Source of the DNA: Octopus sinensis
Lineage: Eukaryota
Length of the DNA stretch: 64,000 bases
Reading direction: 5' to 3'
Assembly: GCF_006345805.1 (NCBI RefSeq)
Contig: NC_042999.1
Location: forward strand, 74,152,001-74,216,000
A model generated the notes under the pieces. That model made no database searches, was not told the DNA's origin, and saw only the letters and a list, made by a program, of their open reading frames with translations. A program made the translations under genes and the position numbers. How positions within the stretch are numbered: the stretch's first letter is position 1; every line of letters begins with the position of its first letter. Positions 40,823 to 53,897 of this stretch are shown piece after piece.

Positions 40823-43800
40823 TAAATCCTTAAATCCTTAAAAATGTTTTAGCCCGAAGGCCGAGGCCATGCTGGGGCACCACCGCTGAATGAGCTACAC
40901 TAGTTTGTGAATCCACCTCTGATACGTGGCACTTGATCAACAAGGGAGTTCGATGCTGCTGCCCGCATCCGTGTCTCCTGTCGTGAGGTAGGTTCATCTG
41001 GGACTCCCAACAAGAAGAGATCCAGTTTAGTTTTAAAGAAACCCACATCCACACCATGTAAGTCTCTCAGGCATTTAGGGAGGATATTAAAGAGCTGTGG
41101 TCCTCTGAAACCCAAGCTGTTGCAGTATCTGGACCTGTATTTTGATGGTGATGTTGGAATCCTTGGCACCACGCAGCGGCGCCCCGTTCTGCGGTTGGAG
41201 TAACTTTGAATGCCAAAGTTTGGGACAAGACCCTCCAGGATTTTCCAGATGTATATCACTGCATATCTCTCCCGCCTCCGCTCCAGGGAGAAGAGGTTTA
41301 ATACCTTCAGTCTTTCCCAGTAGCTGACATTTTGCATTGAGACGATTTTCTTTGTGTAGCTTCTCTGAGTTGCTTCGAGTTCTGCTGTTTGTTTTATATT
41401 GTGTGGTGACCAAAGTTGGGAGCAGTAGTCCAAGCGGCTGAGGACAAATGTTTTCCATAGGACCATCAGTGTCTCCTTCTCTCTTGTTCTGAAAGTTCGG
41501 AGAATCCATCCAGCTAGCCGTCTGCATTTTATCACCAGATTAGCAATATGCATTTGGAAAGATGCATCATTGCTCATGTCAATGCCCAGGTCACACACTG
41601 ATTTTGACTCAGGGATTGCAATTCTTCCTGGGCCAGTGTATCCAGTCTTCATGTCATTTACCTTTGTGTGCCAGTAGCGCAGGGCCTGGAACTTACCTGC
41701 ATTAAACTGCATGTTGTTGTCCTCAGCCCACCTGTATATTGTGTCCAGCTCATGTTGCAGATGCGCAATATTTTCAGGGTTTTGTATTGCGTGGGAGCCT
41801 TTTGTGTCATCTGCATAGCTAGCAAGGGTGGTCATCGTAGCAACTGAAGGCATGTCTGAAAGGGCCACTATGAACATCAGTGGCCCCAAGACAGTGCCCT
41901 GTGGGACACCGCTTGTTATTTGTGTTTCCCTGGAGGTGGCTCCATTGCTCACAACTGCCTGTTTTCTGTCTTTTAGGAAGTTGTGCAGCCACTCTCCAAG
42001 TTTCCCGCCTATGCCGAGACCACGCAGTTTGTGACAGATCATACCATGGTCGACTTTATCAAAGGCTTTTGCAAAGTCAAGATATATTACATCCACATTT
42101 GAGCCATTTAGTAGCTGTTTCAACACCCAGTCATAGTGTTGCAGGAGCTGTGTTAGGCAGCCTCTACCTGGTCGAAATCCATGCTGGGTGTCAGACAGTA
42201 AGTCATTTTCTTCAAGGAACATGATTAGTTTCTTACGGACTATTCGTTCCATGACTTTGCTGATGTGTGAGGTCAGAGAGATAGGCCTATAATTTTTAGC
42301 ATCTGCTCTGCTACCTCCCTTATGGATAGGGCATATTACCCCCTCTTTCAGTTTGACTGGGAGCTTACCACTTGCAAGAAAGCTCTGAAAAAGAAGCTGT
42401 AGCGGTTTTGCAAGGGCTCGTTTGCACGATTTGAGAAGGATCGCTGGGAATCCATCAGGTCCAGTAGCTGAGTTTGTGTCAATCTCATCAATGGCTAGTG
42501 CGATATCATCTTCTTCGATGTTGATGTACTCAATTTTTGTCTCTTTGGCCGCTGGTAAAGTGGCAAAGAATTCTTCTGGGTTGTTTACTTGCCTGTGTCC
42601 TAGAGGTGTAGTGAACATACTTTGGAACTGTTCGTTCAGTATTTCACTTATCCTCGTGGGATTTCCTGTGAGAGAGCCATCTTTTTGGAAGAGAGGTCCT
42701 ATTCTCTGGTGCACTGTGGCTGTCTCTTTGGCAAACTTAAAGAAAGCTTTAGGGTTTGATTTTATATTTTCTATTACCCAAGCTTCTTTATCTGCTCTCT
42801 CCTTTTCATGGGACTGATGTAGACTTTTCTCAGTTTCCATTAGCATTCTTTCGAGCCGAGACTTCTCACCACTTTTGGTGTGCTTGCTCAGGCGGTTTGC
42901 AATCCTTGTCCGTCGTCTCATAAGAATCCTCCTTTCTCTAGGGATCCTGTTTTTGTTCTTGTGTGTGCTGGCCCTGCACATTGGGACATATTTGTCACAT
43001 ATGGCTTGTATTATGGACATGAAGTGTTTGTGTTTCATGTTTATGTCCGGTGTGGAGAGACATTCAGGCCAATCCTGTTTGAGGATCTCTTTCTCAATCG
43101 ACTTCCAGTTGGCGTGGGTGCTTCGTATAGGCTGTGTGTCTGCGGGGGCTTTTGTTCCATACATAGACAGCTCTATTATGTTGTGATCCGAGATCATTGT
43201 CGGCATCACATTAACATTATGGATAATATCCATATTGTTTGTGAAGCAGAGATCCAGTATATTATCTGCCCTTGTTGGTTGCAGAACTATTTGCTCCATG
43301 AAAGAGGCATTTGTGAGATGGAGCAGGGACTCCACCTGTGCCTGCTGATGGTGTGTCATCCCTGGGAGCATCTGCCCCCCCAGGCCATTCCACATTGGGG
43401 AGGTTAAAGTCACCCATGAAGAATACACTGTTGTGCTGTTCAAGGTTGGTGAGGACTTCTCCTATTTTTGTTAGGCAGTCTTCAAACATGCCTGAGTGTT
43501 TTGGGGCATCTGGTGGGCGTATGTGTATGCATATGACGATATTCAGTTGTCTTATGTGTACAATTGAGTTTCACATACTGAGTTTGAATATGACAGCAGG
43601 ACCTGGGGCGTGAGGTCATCTCGGATGTACATTGCAACTCCACCATGGCTCCTCCCTTTTCTATCTGTGCGTATGACTGCATATTGCGGCATGTGTATTT
43701 CTGCATCACCTATATCGGGTTCAAGATGCGTTTCTGTGAGTGCCATGCATATAGCTTGATTGCATGTCACAAGGTCTCTCAAGAATGAAATTTTCTTTTT

Positions 43801-44523
43801 ACAGTTTCCGCGCAGCAGCCCTCCTACATTCAGTAGAAATATTTTTGTGGTGTGTGTGTTGGTGTTGGTGTCTGTGGTGGCCATCCTGCATCTGTTGGAG
43901 GTGGCCTTATGTGGTGGTAGTTCCAGCTTTGTGCTTGTAGCCAGGTCAGCTGCTGAACAATTTTTTGTGCCATGCACAAAAAAGACTGCTGTTCAGCTGC
44001 CGCCCTTCTCACATCTGGGTGAAGCTGGCCACCTGTTGGGTTTCCGTGCACCACATCTGCATACCGTCTTTCAGTAGTGGTCAGTGCGCTTTTTTCCCTT
44101 CTTTTAACTTTTTGTTTTTGTTTTCCCTGAGGGAGGGACCTCTGTCTCGCGTCCGTGCGGTTTTGGTAGGGCCTCCGATGTGCAAAGCGGCAGTTTGCAC
44201 CTTCAACGCCGTACCAGCAGTCCCCCCTCAGGTAGAATTTGCAGGTGTTTCTTTCCCTGCCCTTACAGTTTTTGCTGGGGTCCCTCTGCTTTCTCTGGAC
44301 AGGGCTTCCTTTAGCCTTGATTCTGTCACCCTTTACCTCCTGCTTCCCATCAATTCCAGGGTGCCTTTCCTTTCTTGCGGCCATCGCACCTCTTTGGTCT
44401 TCAGTTGTGGTGTTGGAAGCTGGACATGTGTCATCGTTTCCCTGTGTTCCAGGCTTCTCCATTTGGCTCTGGATGCTTTCCTCATCCTTTTGGCCCTCCC
44501 TGCTGCCGTCAGGCCCTCCCTGC
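40823..44523 (-). mobile_element. CR1-group LINE family B, near full length (CCCH ORF1 43830-44462; APE-RT ORF2 ~43884-40900 with frameshifts)
   Basis: [22 protein letters not shown] finger; LTETHL, MGDFN, QHGFR, YLDFAKAFDKVDH, YADD; (TTTAAGGA)n tail; (TA)n on both flanks. Confidence 0.93.
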
Positions 44524-44941
44524 TATATATATATATATATACACATATATATACACATATATATATAAACATATATATACATACATATATATATACATAT
44601 ATATGCATATATATACACATATATATATATATACACATATATATATATATATATATATACATGCATATATATACACATACGTATATATATATATATGTGT
44701 GTATGTATCTATACATGTATGTATATATACATACATATGTATGTATATATACATATATATAAAAATAAGTCCGGAGAAGTACACACTAAGAAAGAGTAGT
44801 CTATATAATGTAAGTATGCAATGAACGTATATTTATAATAAAACACAACGAAACGTAATTAATAAAACAGAACGTATATTTATATATACATTATATACAA
44901 ACACACACACATATACATGCATACATATATATATATATATA

Positions 44942-44998
<57 letters not shown>

Positions 44999-45171
44999 TG
45001 TGTGCGTGTATGTATCAACTATATATATATATAGTCGATACAACGCTTCTATTTACAGTTACATACGCACAAATATACACGTTTGTATATATATATATAT
45101 ATATACATATATAGTAATGAGTTTATTGACGCATACAGCTGCTTATATATTTGATGTAGACACACATAGGT

Positions 45172-45232
<61 letters not shown>

Positions 45233-45431
45233 TGTGTGTATACAAAAAATGTATATATATATGTGTGTATACACACGACACACGTATATATATACACCAA
45301 AGACTATTTTATCTTAACTGTATATTACGTATATATAATTCATGTGTGTGTGTGTATATATATGTGTGTGTGTGTGTGTGTATGTTTGTGCGTGTGTGTA
45401 TTGTTATACTGTTATATTGTTATATACTCAC

Positions 45432-45511
45432 CTATAAGGTTGTGGACGTACACTGGAGCCTGTATACTTCGTACATCCAGATCGATTTGGGGAATGAAAT
45501 AAGGAAGCCAT
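45432..45511 (-). CDS. BCAS3: BCAS3 first coding exon (80 nt, MASLFHSPNRSGCTKYTGSSVRPQPY + phase 2)
   Basis: ATG in gctATGg context at 45511; donor AG|GTGAGT at 45431. Peptide resembles the recalled vertebrate BCAS3 N-terminus (MATDSPRRPSRCT...VRPQ) and splices in frame to the next exon. Confidence 0.85.
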
Positions 45512-46020
45512 AGCGCTATAACTCGGCTAAACATTCACTAAAAGTGTGACCGATGGGTCGATAAATTGATATGATGTTTAGTGATGTCAATTTATGTATA
45601 TTTGTCTTTCTTTCGGCCCCCTCGGTGGCCTTTGGTGTAACAAAACAGTTAATAACGGAGGACGTGGAATTATATGGAAGCAGAGAAGGAGCGGGATGAA
45701 ATTTAGTATGCTTAATGACGTAGTGGTGGGAGTTTGTACGGAAGCGGAAAAGCAACAGAATTATTCGATGCTACGTCTTAACGGTACGATAACCTAAATT
45801 CATTTTGTTTACAAACGGCTGAAAATTACCGAGTGACTCGGTGGCCGAGATCTCCGTTCCCGTTGCGTATTAAGCACACACACTCTTTTGCCTTTCACTG
45901 GTTCCCGTGAAACTATTCTTATACTTAAGCTATCGGCCTCCTTTGTCAAGACCATTAAGTTACGAGGATGTAAACACACCAACAATGTAAACACACGCGC
46001 GCGCACGCATACACAGAGAC
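45512..46020 (-). promoter_or_regulatory. CpG-rich putative promoter/5'UTR region of BCAS3
   Basis: Unique sequence with many intact CpGs directly upstream of the ATG exon; tandem CGGAAGCGGAA (ETS-like, ~45739-45749) and TGACGT. Possible non-coding exon donor CG|GTAATT at 45829 and acceptor CTTTTAG near 45540 are speculative. Confidence 0.6.
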
Positions 46021-46032
46021 ACATATCCATAT

Positions 46033-46143
<111 letters not shown>

Positions 46144-46531
46144 AAAAACTTCAAAAACTTAAAATTTTTACATTAAATATATTTTCTTTTTATTAAAATC
46201 TTTTGCTATGTATATTTTAGAAAATACATATATTTCTTTAATTTCTATCTATTTATTATTGATTTTATTTTGTAAACAACCTTATTTTAATCCAGTGCCG
46301 TCATGTTTTAATGAGAGTCATCTATAGTTATCTCCCCTGTCATATCGTTAGCAACTAGGTGACGCTCGTTACATAGCTATATAAGACGTGCACATGCAGG
46401 TAACACGCTCTGCCTGCAGCTAGCCACGGTTTCTCCATCTCTGTTCCTGCTACAAGACAACTTCTCGCTGACTGAATTTTCTTAAATCTTCTTTCATCAG
46501 TCATGGAATACGGCAAGACGAAAACATTTCC

Positions 46532-47449
46532 TGGCGAAGTTTCCTACAACCGAAACTATGCCCTCCTGGCGAAGTTTCGCATGTCGTAGCACAGATTTCC
46601 GTAAAAAACTTTTATTTTTTTACATAAGTAATGAGAGCGAAAGAGACTAAGAGGAAGCGATTTTATGACGAGAAGGTTTCTCTTTGAAATCGGCCTGTGT
46701 GTGTTTGATGGGGTGTGGGAGACAGACAGTATGTTGTGTATGTGAAGTGCTTCTGTTAGTGTGTGCGAAGAGACAGAGAGAGTAATGTGTGAAAGAGAGA
46801 GATAACTGATTTTTTACTCGGTGTATGTGTATATGTATGTATGCATGTATGTGTGTGTGTGTGTATGTATCTATGTATGTGTGTGTGTGTGTAAGTATGT
46901 GTGTGTGTATGTATGTATGTATGGCCGATTCATCGTAATTTTTTACTCGGTGTATGTGTATATGTATGTCTGCATGTATGTGTGTGTGTGTATGTATCTA
47001 TGTATGTGTATGTATGTGTGTATGTATGTATGGTCGATTCAGTGTAATTTTTTACTCGGTGTATGTGTATATGTATGTCTGCATGTATGTGTGTGTGTAA
47101 GTATGTGTGTGTGTATGTATGTATGTATGTGTGTGTGTGTGTATGTATCTATGTATGTGTATGTGTGTATGTATGTATGTATGGCCGATTCATCGTAATT
47201 TTTTACTCGGTGTATGTGTATATGTATGTCTGTCTCTTCACACACACTAACAGAAGCACTTCACTTACACAACATACTGTCTGTCTCCCACACCCCATCA
47301 AACACACACAGGCCGACTTCAAAGTGAAACCTTCTCGTCGTAAAATCGCTTCCTCTTAGTCTCTTTCGCTCTCATTACTTATGTAAAAAAATAAAAGTTT
47401 TTTACGGAAATCGACGGAAATCTGTGCTACTACAACCGAAACTATGCCC
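46532..47449. mobile_element. Fold-back insertion in the 5'LTR with ~190-bp inverted arms (46586.. / ..47430) and a microsatellite core
   Basis: Flanked by ATTTCC direct repeat (46526-46531, 47450-47455), present once in the uninterrupted 3'LTR. Confidence 0.8.
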
Positions 47450-47630
47450 ATTTCCTTATTCAAATTCCATTCTGTTCTATTGAATGTAAATGCTCTCATC
47501 CCGGATCGGAATAAATTCCTCATGTGCATGAAGTTTTCACAAATCTCACACGAGTTGTTGTTCTTCACTGGATTGATTCTAACAGCGATCGAAGGATGAC
47601 CGAACATTATATTAAATTAGTGTGCTAAAA

Positions 47631-47645
47631 TGGTGACCTCAACGT
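47631..47645 (+). promoter_or_regulatory. Primer-binding site, tRNA-Trp type
   Basis: 13/15 match to TGGTGACCCCGACGT, the complement of the recalled tRNA-Trp 3' end. Confidence 0.7.
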
Positions 47646-48375
47646 CGGAAAATATCCGCTTGATATTGGATCTCTTCCTTTTGAACGGCAGTTTTCAACA
47701 CAATTTCTAGTTAACTAAACACTTTTAAACTTCGTATACTGGTAGAATGTGTCAAAAGAAAACATTTTTTTCTCTTGGCTTTCTTGAGAAAATTGTAATT
47801 TGTAAGTTTAACGTAGTTAAATTTTTCGAATTTCAACCAATCAATTGCCTCTATTGAGTTAAAATCATTTGCTGCGTCTAAAACTGAGACAACATCCTGT
47901 TACTAACCCTTAACCCTAAATTTTGGCCTTTCGTTTTGTTTTTTTCTTAATTGTTGAATTAATTTAATTGTTATGCGTGTGTCTAAAATTATTCGTTTTG
48001 TTTTTGTTATGAGTTTTTGCTTTCGTTTTTTTTTTTCTTAATTGTTAAATTAATTTAAGGATAACAATTAAGAAAAAAAAAACGAAAGCAATGGAAAATA
48101 ATTTTAATGTAACAATTAAGAAAATAAAACGAAAGCAAAAACTCAAAACAAAAACAAAACGATTAATTTTAGACACGCGTAACATTTAAAAAAAAAAAGC
48201 GAAAGGCTAAAATTTAGGGTTAGGGTTAGTGACAGGATGTTGTCTCAGTTTTAGACGCAGCAAATGATTTTAGCTCAATAGAGGCAATTGATTGGTTGAA
48301 ATTCGAAAAAATTAAACTACGTTAAACTTACAAATTACAATTTTCTCAAGAAAGCCAAGAGAAAAAAATGTTTTT
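47646..48375. mobile_element. Long palindromic non-autonomous element (arms 47759-~48055 / ~48060-48374) with TTAGGG motifs
   Basis: Near-perfect inverted arms; the left outer ~110 bp has no right counterpart. Confidence 0.8.
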
Positions 48376-48477
48376 AAGGTAGTGTGTAGGATGTGCCAGC
48401 TGGTGCAAAGCTGAGGCAGTATGCAGGATGTGCCAGCTAGTGCAAAGCTGAGGCAGTGTGCAGGATGTACCAGCTGG

Positions 48478-50200
48478 GATTATTGAACTTTTATGGGCGT
48501 TTTATTCCTCACTGTGCTAAGCACCTTGCTACTCTTACCGAGCCTTTAAAGGATCGTAAGAAAAAAATGAAGCTATTTCACTTTCACCTTCCCAAATTAA
48601 GGCCTTTCAAATGCTAAAGCGTGAACTTGCGCAAGCCTCGCTGTTAGCAAACCTTGTTTATGGCGCAAAGCTTTTGCTTATGGTGAACGCATCAGATACG
48701 GCTGTAGGCGCCGTTTTACAACAGTTTCACCAAAAGCATATGCAACCTTTGGCATTTTTCTCTCGGCAGCTGAAATCCGCCGAGACCCTCTATAGCACTG
48801 TTGGACGTGAATTATTGGCAATTTACCTGGCAGTAAAACACTTCCGTCATTACCTTGAAGGGAGGCAGTTTGTCATTTACACAGACCATAAACCTCTTTC
48901 ATTCGGATTACGGTGTAAGCCTGAAAAATATTCGCCGAGGAAAATGAGATATCTCGATTTTGTTTCCCAGTGTACCAGCGGCATTCAGCATACCTCGGGA
49001 ACCAAGAACACTGCTGCTGATGCTTTGTCCCGTTTGCCAATCAACTCATTAGCACCCACTTCTATAATTGACTTAACTGTTTTCGCCTCAGACCAGCCTC
49101 CTTTGGATTCGTTTGACACCACACCTACTGAATTTGCAACATGTAAATTCAAGTACCTGACTATACTGACTGTCGACAAGAACATCCTGTGCGACATATC
49201 GACGGAGTCACCTCGTCCCTTCGTTCCGGAGTAGCATCGCAGAGTTGTCTTCGATACTTTGCATAATCTTGCTCATCCTGGCATCGCGACCTCAGTAAAA
49301 CTCATTACGGCTAGACTTTTTTGGCCAAACATGAGACGGGATGTTGCCAAATGTTCTTGCGCTTGTCTTCAATGCCAAAAGTCTAAAGTGCACAAGCATA
49401 TCTGGGCACCTCTCGGTACTTTTAACTATTCTGATGCTCGTTTCTCTCGCGTGCATATTGATATTTGAAACCGTCGCCTATCAGTCGGGGATTTACATAT
49501 ATCTTGACTTGTATTGATCGCTTTAGCCGATGGCCTGAAGCGATTCTGTTAACAGACATTACCGCTGAATCTGTAGCGCGAGCTCTAGTATCAGGATGGA
49601 TATCACGCTATGGTGTCCCCACCACCATCACAACAGACCGCAGCAGACAGTTCGAATCACACCTCTTTTCTGAGTTGACAAAAATCATCGGGGTTCAATG
49701 GATTAGGACTACTAGGTACCATCTGGCCTCGAAGGGCATGGTAGAAGGATTCCACCGTCAGCTGAAAGCTGCTTTACGAGCCTCTCTTGACACCCAGCGT
49801 TGGACCAAGTATCTTCTTATTGTTCTCCTCGGTATCCGAACAAGAGTTAAGGAAGACCTTGGTTTCTCTCCAGCTGAGCTGCTTTATGGTGCCCCTTTGT
49901 CCTTGCCAGGGCAAATGCTCACTCCAGCTGATCTTACTACTCAAGATCCGGCACTTTATGTTAACCGCCTGCGTTTGTACTTTCAGGAGCTTACACCAAT
50001 GAGCACTTGTCAGTAAGCAATAAAATCTTCGGTCCCCAAGGATATTGCCTCGTGAACCCACGTTTTTGTACATAAAGATGCAGTGAGAAGTCCCTTCACT
50101 CCCCCATTACTCAGGACCTTATTGCGTGTTGGCACGCAATGATAAACATTTCACCATAGACTTGAATGGTTCCCGAGGAACAGTCTCGGTCGATAGACTT
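48478..50200 (+). pseudogene. Gypsy pol remnant (RT end, RNase H, integrase)
   Basis: GLLNFYGRFIP; NASDTAVGAVL, FSRQL, RELLAIY, YTDHKPL; HNLAHPG..CLQC; [28 protein letters not shown]; PYSGPY. Confidence 0.92.
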
Positions 50201-52018
50201 AAATAGGCTTATACAGACGCGCTCACGCCAGAGCCTCACACTCCCCCATCCTACATTATACAACAGGTAAATACTTCACCACCGCATCCACCACCAGCTC
50301 AAATACACGCATCCTTCCTACACCTACCAACATACGTCACGACGACCTGCAGTGGCCGTCGTGTCAATTGGCCTAAGAAACTTTGTAAAACAATTTTATA
50401 GGAAACTCATATTCTATTTGTTTTTTCTTTTCCTATTTAATGCATTTATTCTGTTTCCCTTTTCATGTATATACTTGTTTACCTTGCCTTTACATCCATT
50501 AATTTTGGCATGGCATTTGTTTCCATTATACATCTCAAAGACCTTTTCCTTCTGTGTATATTATATGTTAACTTGTTTCAATGTTCATTCACACATGCAC
50601 CACATTCTAAGATTTTAGTTGCTTTCTCATTGCTCCTACATGCTAGCACTTCCAGCCTCTACCAGCAATCCACCGCTCTTGCAGGCTTACAACACTAGCC
50701 TCTGTAAGCGACCTACCGCTCTTGCTAATTTAAAACACGTTGACTCTTGCATCCAGTGATTTCCAGTTTCTTGGACAGTTGTTATCAAGTTTGCATGTCA
50801 GGCGTTCTCTGCCTCAGCTTTGCACCAGCTGGTACATCCTGCACACTGCCTCAGCTTTGCACTAGCTGGCACATCCTGCATACTGCCTCAGCTTTGCACC
50901 AGCTGGCACATCCTACACACTACTTTAACCTTGCATCACATACATTCATACAGATAATCCTTTCTGTGCCCTTGGTATCTCTACTCATCCTTGTGAAACA
51001 CAAGACAATTACCTTCTTCGGTGCCTACAGTTTAAACTCTTTGCCTTTTCGACCTTTTCTCTTCTTTCAGCCTTGGGGAGGGTTATGTAGACAACCTTAT
51101 TTGAATCCAGTGTCGTCATGTTTTAATGAGAGTCATCTATAGTTATCTCCTCTGTCACATTATTTAATGAGAGTCATCTATAGTTATCTCCTCTGTCACA
51201 TTGTTAGCAACTAGGTGGTGCTCGTTACATAGCCATTAAAGATATGCACAGACAGGTAACGTTCTCTTTCTCTCATAAACTGCCTGCAGCTAGCCACGGT
51301 TTCTCCATCTCTGTTCCTGCTACAAGACAACTTCTAGTTGATTGAATTTTCTTAAATCCTCTTTCACCAGTCATGGAATGCGGCAAGAAAAAAACATTTC
51401 CTTATTCAAATTCCATTCTGTTCTATTGAATGTAAATGTTCAAGCTGTGTCTTCACAAATCTCACACGAGTTGTTGTTGTTCCTGACTGGATTGATTCAA
51501 ACAGCGATCGAAGGATGACCGAACATTACATTAAATTAGTGGGCTAAAAATCCGCTAACATTTTTATCCTTATCGTCTTTCTTTTAAATTATTTTTTTAA
51601 TATTTACTTTATTTATTTTGTACGGTATGGCATATCTGTAACTCACCACCTAGATACACTTACTATATATAGGATTTAACTTCTTATACCTATTAATATT
51701 CTGTATGCACCCTTCAAAGGGAAAATGTTAACTTAAGTTCTATAAGCTCATAATAACCCTAAAGAAGTTCTGCCGTATATAGTTAAAAAACGATACCTTT
51801 CTTGGCATTTAACCAAATGCTTAAAATTCCATTTCAACTAGAGGTTAGTACTGAAACATATATGTAGGTTTTTCCACATTCTTTTGAGCCTTACAACTTA
51901 TAATTTATTTGTATTATACTTTTTAAAAATTTCAACCTCTTTATATGATATAAATAAATTATTAATACATCCATTTTTTCTCCATTTCTTTCGTTCGATA
52001 TTAACAATATGAAGATTA

Positions 52019-52685
52019 GGCAAGACTTCCGCCCGTCCCACCCTCAAAACCACCCTTACAATTGTTTTTTTGTTTTTTTTTTTCGACACAACTCCATTTT
52101 CGGTTACAGGGAGTACGAATCTACAATTAATCGCCAAAAACCGGCATTTTTAAATTAACCCTCCTTTCCCTCCTCCTTCCCCCCTCACACACACACACCC
52201 ATTTCCTTTTTACTTTTTTGAGATTTTTTTTTCATATTATGCGGAAAAATACGGAGAATAGGATTCTAAAAAAAAATTACCAAAAATTTTTTAAAAATTT
52301 TAAAGAATTTTTTTTATAAATATGCAGAAAAATATGGACATTATGATTCGGACAAAAATTTCAAAACATTTCTGCAGTTACGATTGGGGTTAGGGTTAGG
52401 GTTTTAAGGTTAGTGTTAGGATTAGGGCTAGGGTTAGGGTTTAGGGTTAGGGTTTTAGAATTAGGGTTTTAGGGTTAGAGTTAGAGTTTTAGGGTTAGGG
52501 TCAGGGTTAAGGTTAGTGTTGGGGAAAAAGTAAAAATTGAAGAATTGGGGGTGGGGTGGAATTTAGCAATGCCGAGTTTTGGCAATTTTCCGGAACTTCT
52601 GTATCCGAAAACGGGGTTTTTGGCAAAAAAAATTTTAAATAAACAAATTTAGGAGAAAATGGGGAAGACGGACGGAAGTCTTTCC
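52019..52685. mobile_element. Second copy of the TTAGGG-containing MITE
   Basis: Same TIRs and collinear body; longer telomere-like run at ~52386-52520. Confidence 0.8.
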
Positions 52686-52689
52686 GTTA

Positions 52690-53731
52690 CATTTTGTTAA
52701 TACATCACTGTTACGAATATGGTCACTCGGTGTTATGCAAGAGATAATACGCAAGGATCGCAAATGAAAGGCATCAAGCTGATTGTTGTGCTTTTGATGC
52801 AAAGTCCAAGATTCAACACCATAAGGCAATGTTGTCAAGACCACCAACTTATACACATTAACTTTCACCTTCAGTGATGTATCGTGGCTGTTCCATAGCC
52901 TGTGATAAAGCTTACTAAAAGCGGAGCTAGCCTTCCCGATTCTGGACTCAATTTCTCTGTCCATATTCACATCATTGAACACAATGGAACCATGATAAGT
53001 GAAAGAGGAAACAGTTTCTAATGCTTTCCCATCAACATGTACAGTAGAAAAACAGTGGGAAGATGGTCACAAATGGGCTGATGGACAAGCTCAATTTTCT
53101 CGGTGTTGATGATCAGACGAAAAGCATTCGATGCACGCAAGAAGTTATAAAGAATCCATTGCATGTCCTCAGAAGTGTGTACTACAAATGCAGAATCATC
53201 TGCAATGCGAAAATTTCAAACTGTTTGCAACAAAGTCTTAGTTTTTTCTTTGAAGCGCTATTGGTTAAACAAGCCATCACCAGTTCTGTACTCAAACTTT
53301 ACTCCTTCTTTAACACCCTCGAAAGCTATTTCCGACATGATGGAGAAATACAAAGCAAATAAGAGTGGTGCAAGAACACGGCCTTGTTTTGTCCCATATG
53401 AGACTGTGAATTAATTAGACACTTCCCTGCTAGATCTGACAGAAGCTATCATCCCTTGATGGAAAGAAATTATGACATTGAGCATCTTTCCTGGAACGCC
53501 TAGCCTTCTAAGGACAGCCCAAAAAGTATCCCTAGGTATGGTGTTGAAAGATTTAGTTCGATCTAAAAGATCACGGTTGTGCTCACGAGCCTTTTCCTGC
53601 AGCTGCCTTAGGTTAAAAATCATATCCACTGTGCCTCTACTAGCTCGAAATCCACACTGAGATTCAAGCAACACTAAGCTGGCAAGGGCACCATTTAGTC
53701 TATTTAAGATAACACTTTCAGCAACACACAA
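52690..53731 (-). mobile_element. BovB-type RTE RT fragment
   Basis: ESQCGFRASRGTVDMIFNLRQLQEK; IESRIGKASSAFSKL...YGVESWT. Confidence 0.85.
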
Positions 53732-53897
53732 AGTGAAGTTACCTCTGTGGTTGTCACATTCACATTTGTTACCTTTGTGCTTATCAAGATGGACAATAGA
53801 AGCATCTCTGAACTCTTGTGGGACTGATCCTCATTCCCAGATTAAGGAGAAGAGTTCGTGTAACTTTTTTCAGCAGGAGACTGCTACCACATTTATA

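Larger units (their letters stand above)
46271..51549 (+). mobile_element. Rearranged Gypsy/Ty3 LTR retrotransposon
   Basis: 5'LTR 46271-47630 (interrupted) and 3'LTR 51086-~51549 both start TGTA; PBS TGGTGACCTCAACGT 47631-47645; PPT GGGGAGGG 51075-51082; RNase H and integrase 48478-50200; gag/PR/most RT missing. Confidence 0.88.

Noticed and set aside
51545-51565. TSD for the Gypsy element
   Set aside because: No matching 4-6-bp repeat was found at 46266-46270 and after the 3'LTR; the ends are degraded.
52386-52520. True telomere or fusion site
   Set aside because: Degenerate TTAGGG lies inside a TIR element that has a second copy at 17516-18108.
52001-52700. TTAA target duplication around the second TTAGGG MITE
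   Set aside because: The right TTAA is part of the adjacent RTE reading frame (VLTKC), and the TTAA sites are not flush with the TIR ends.
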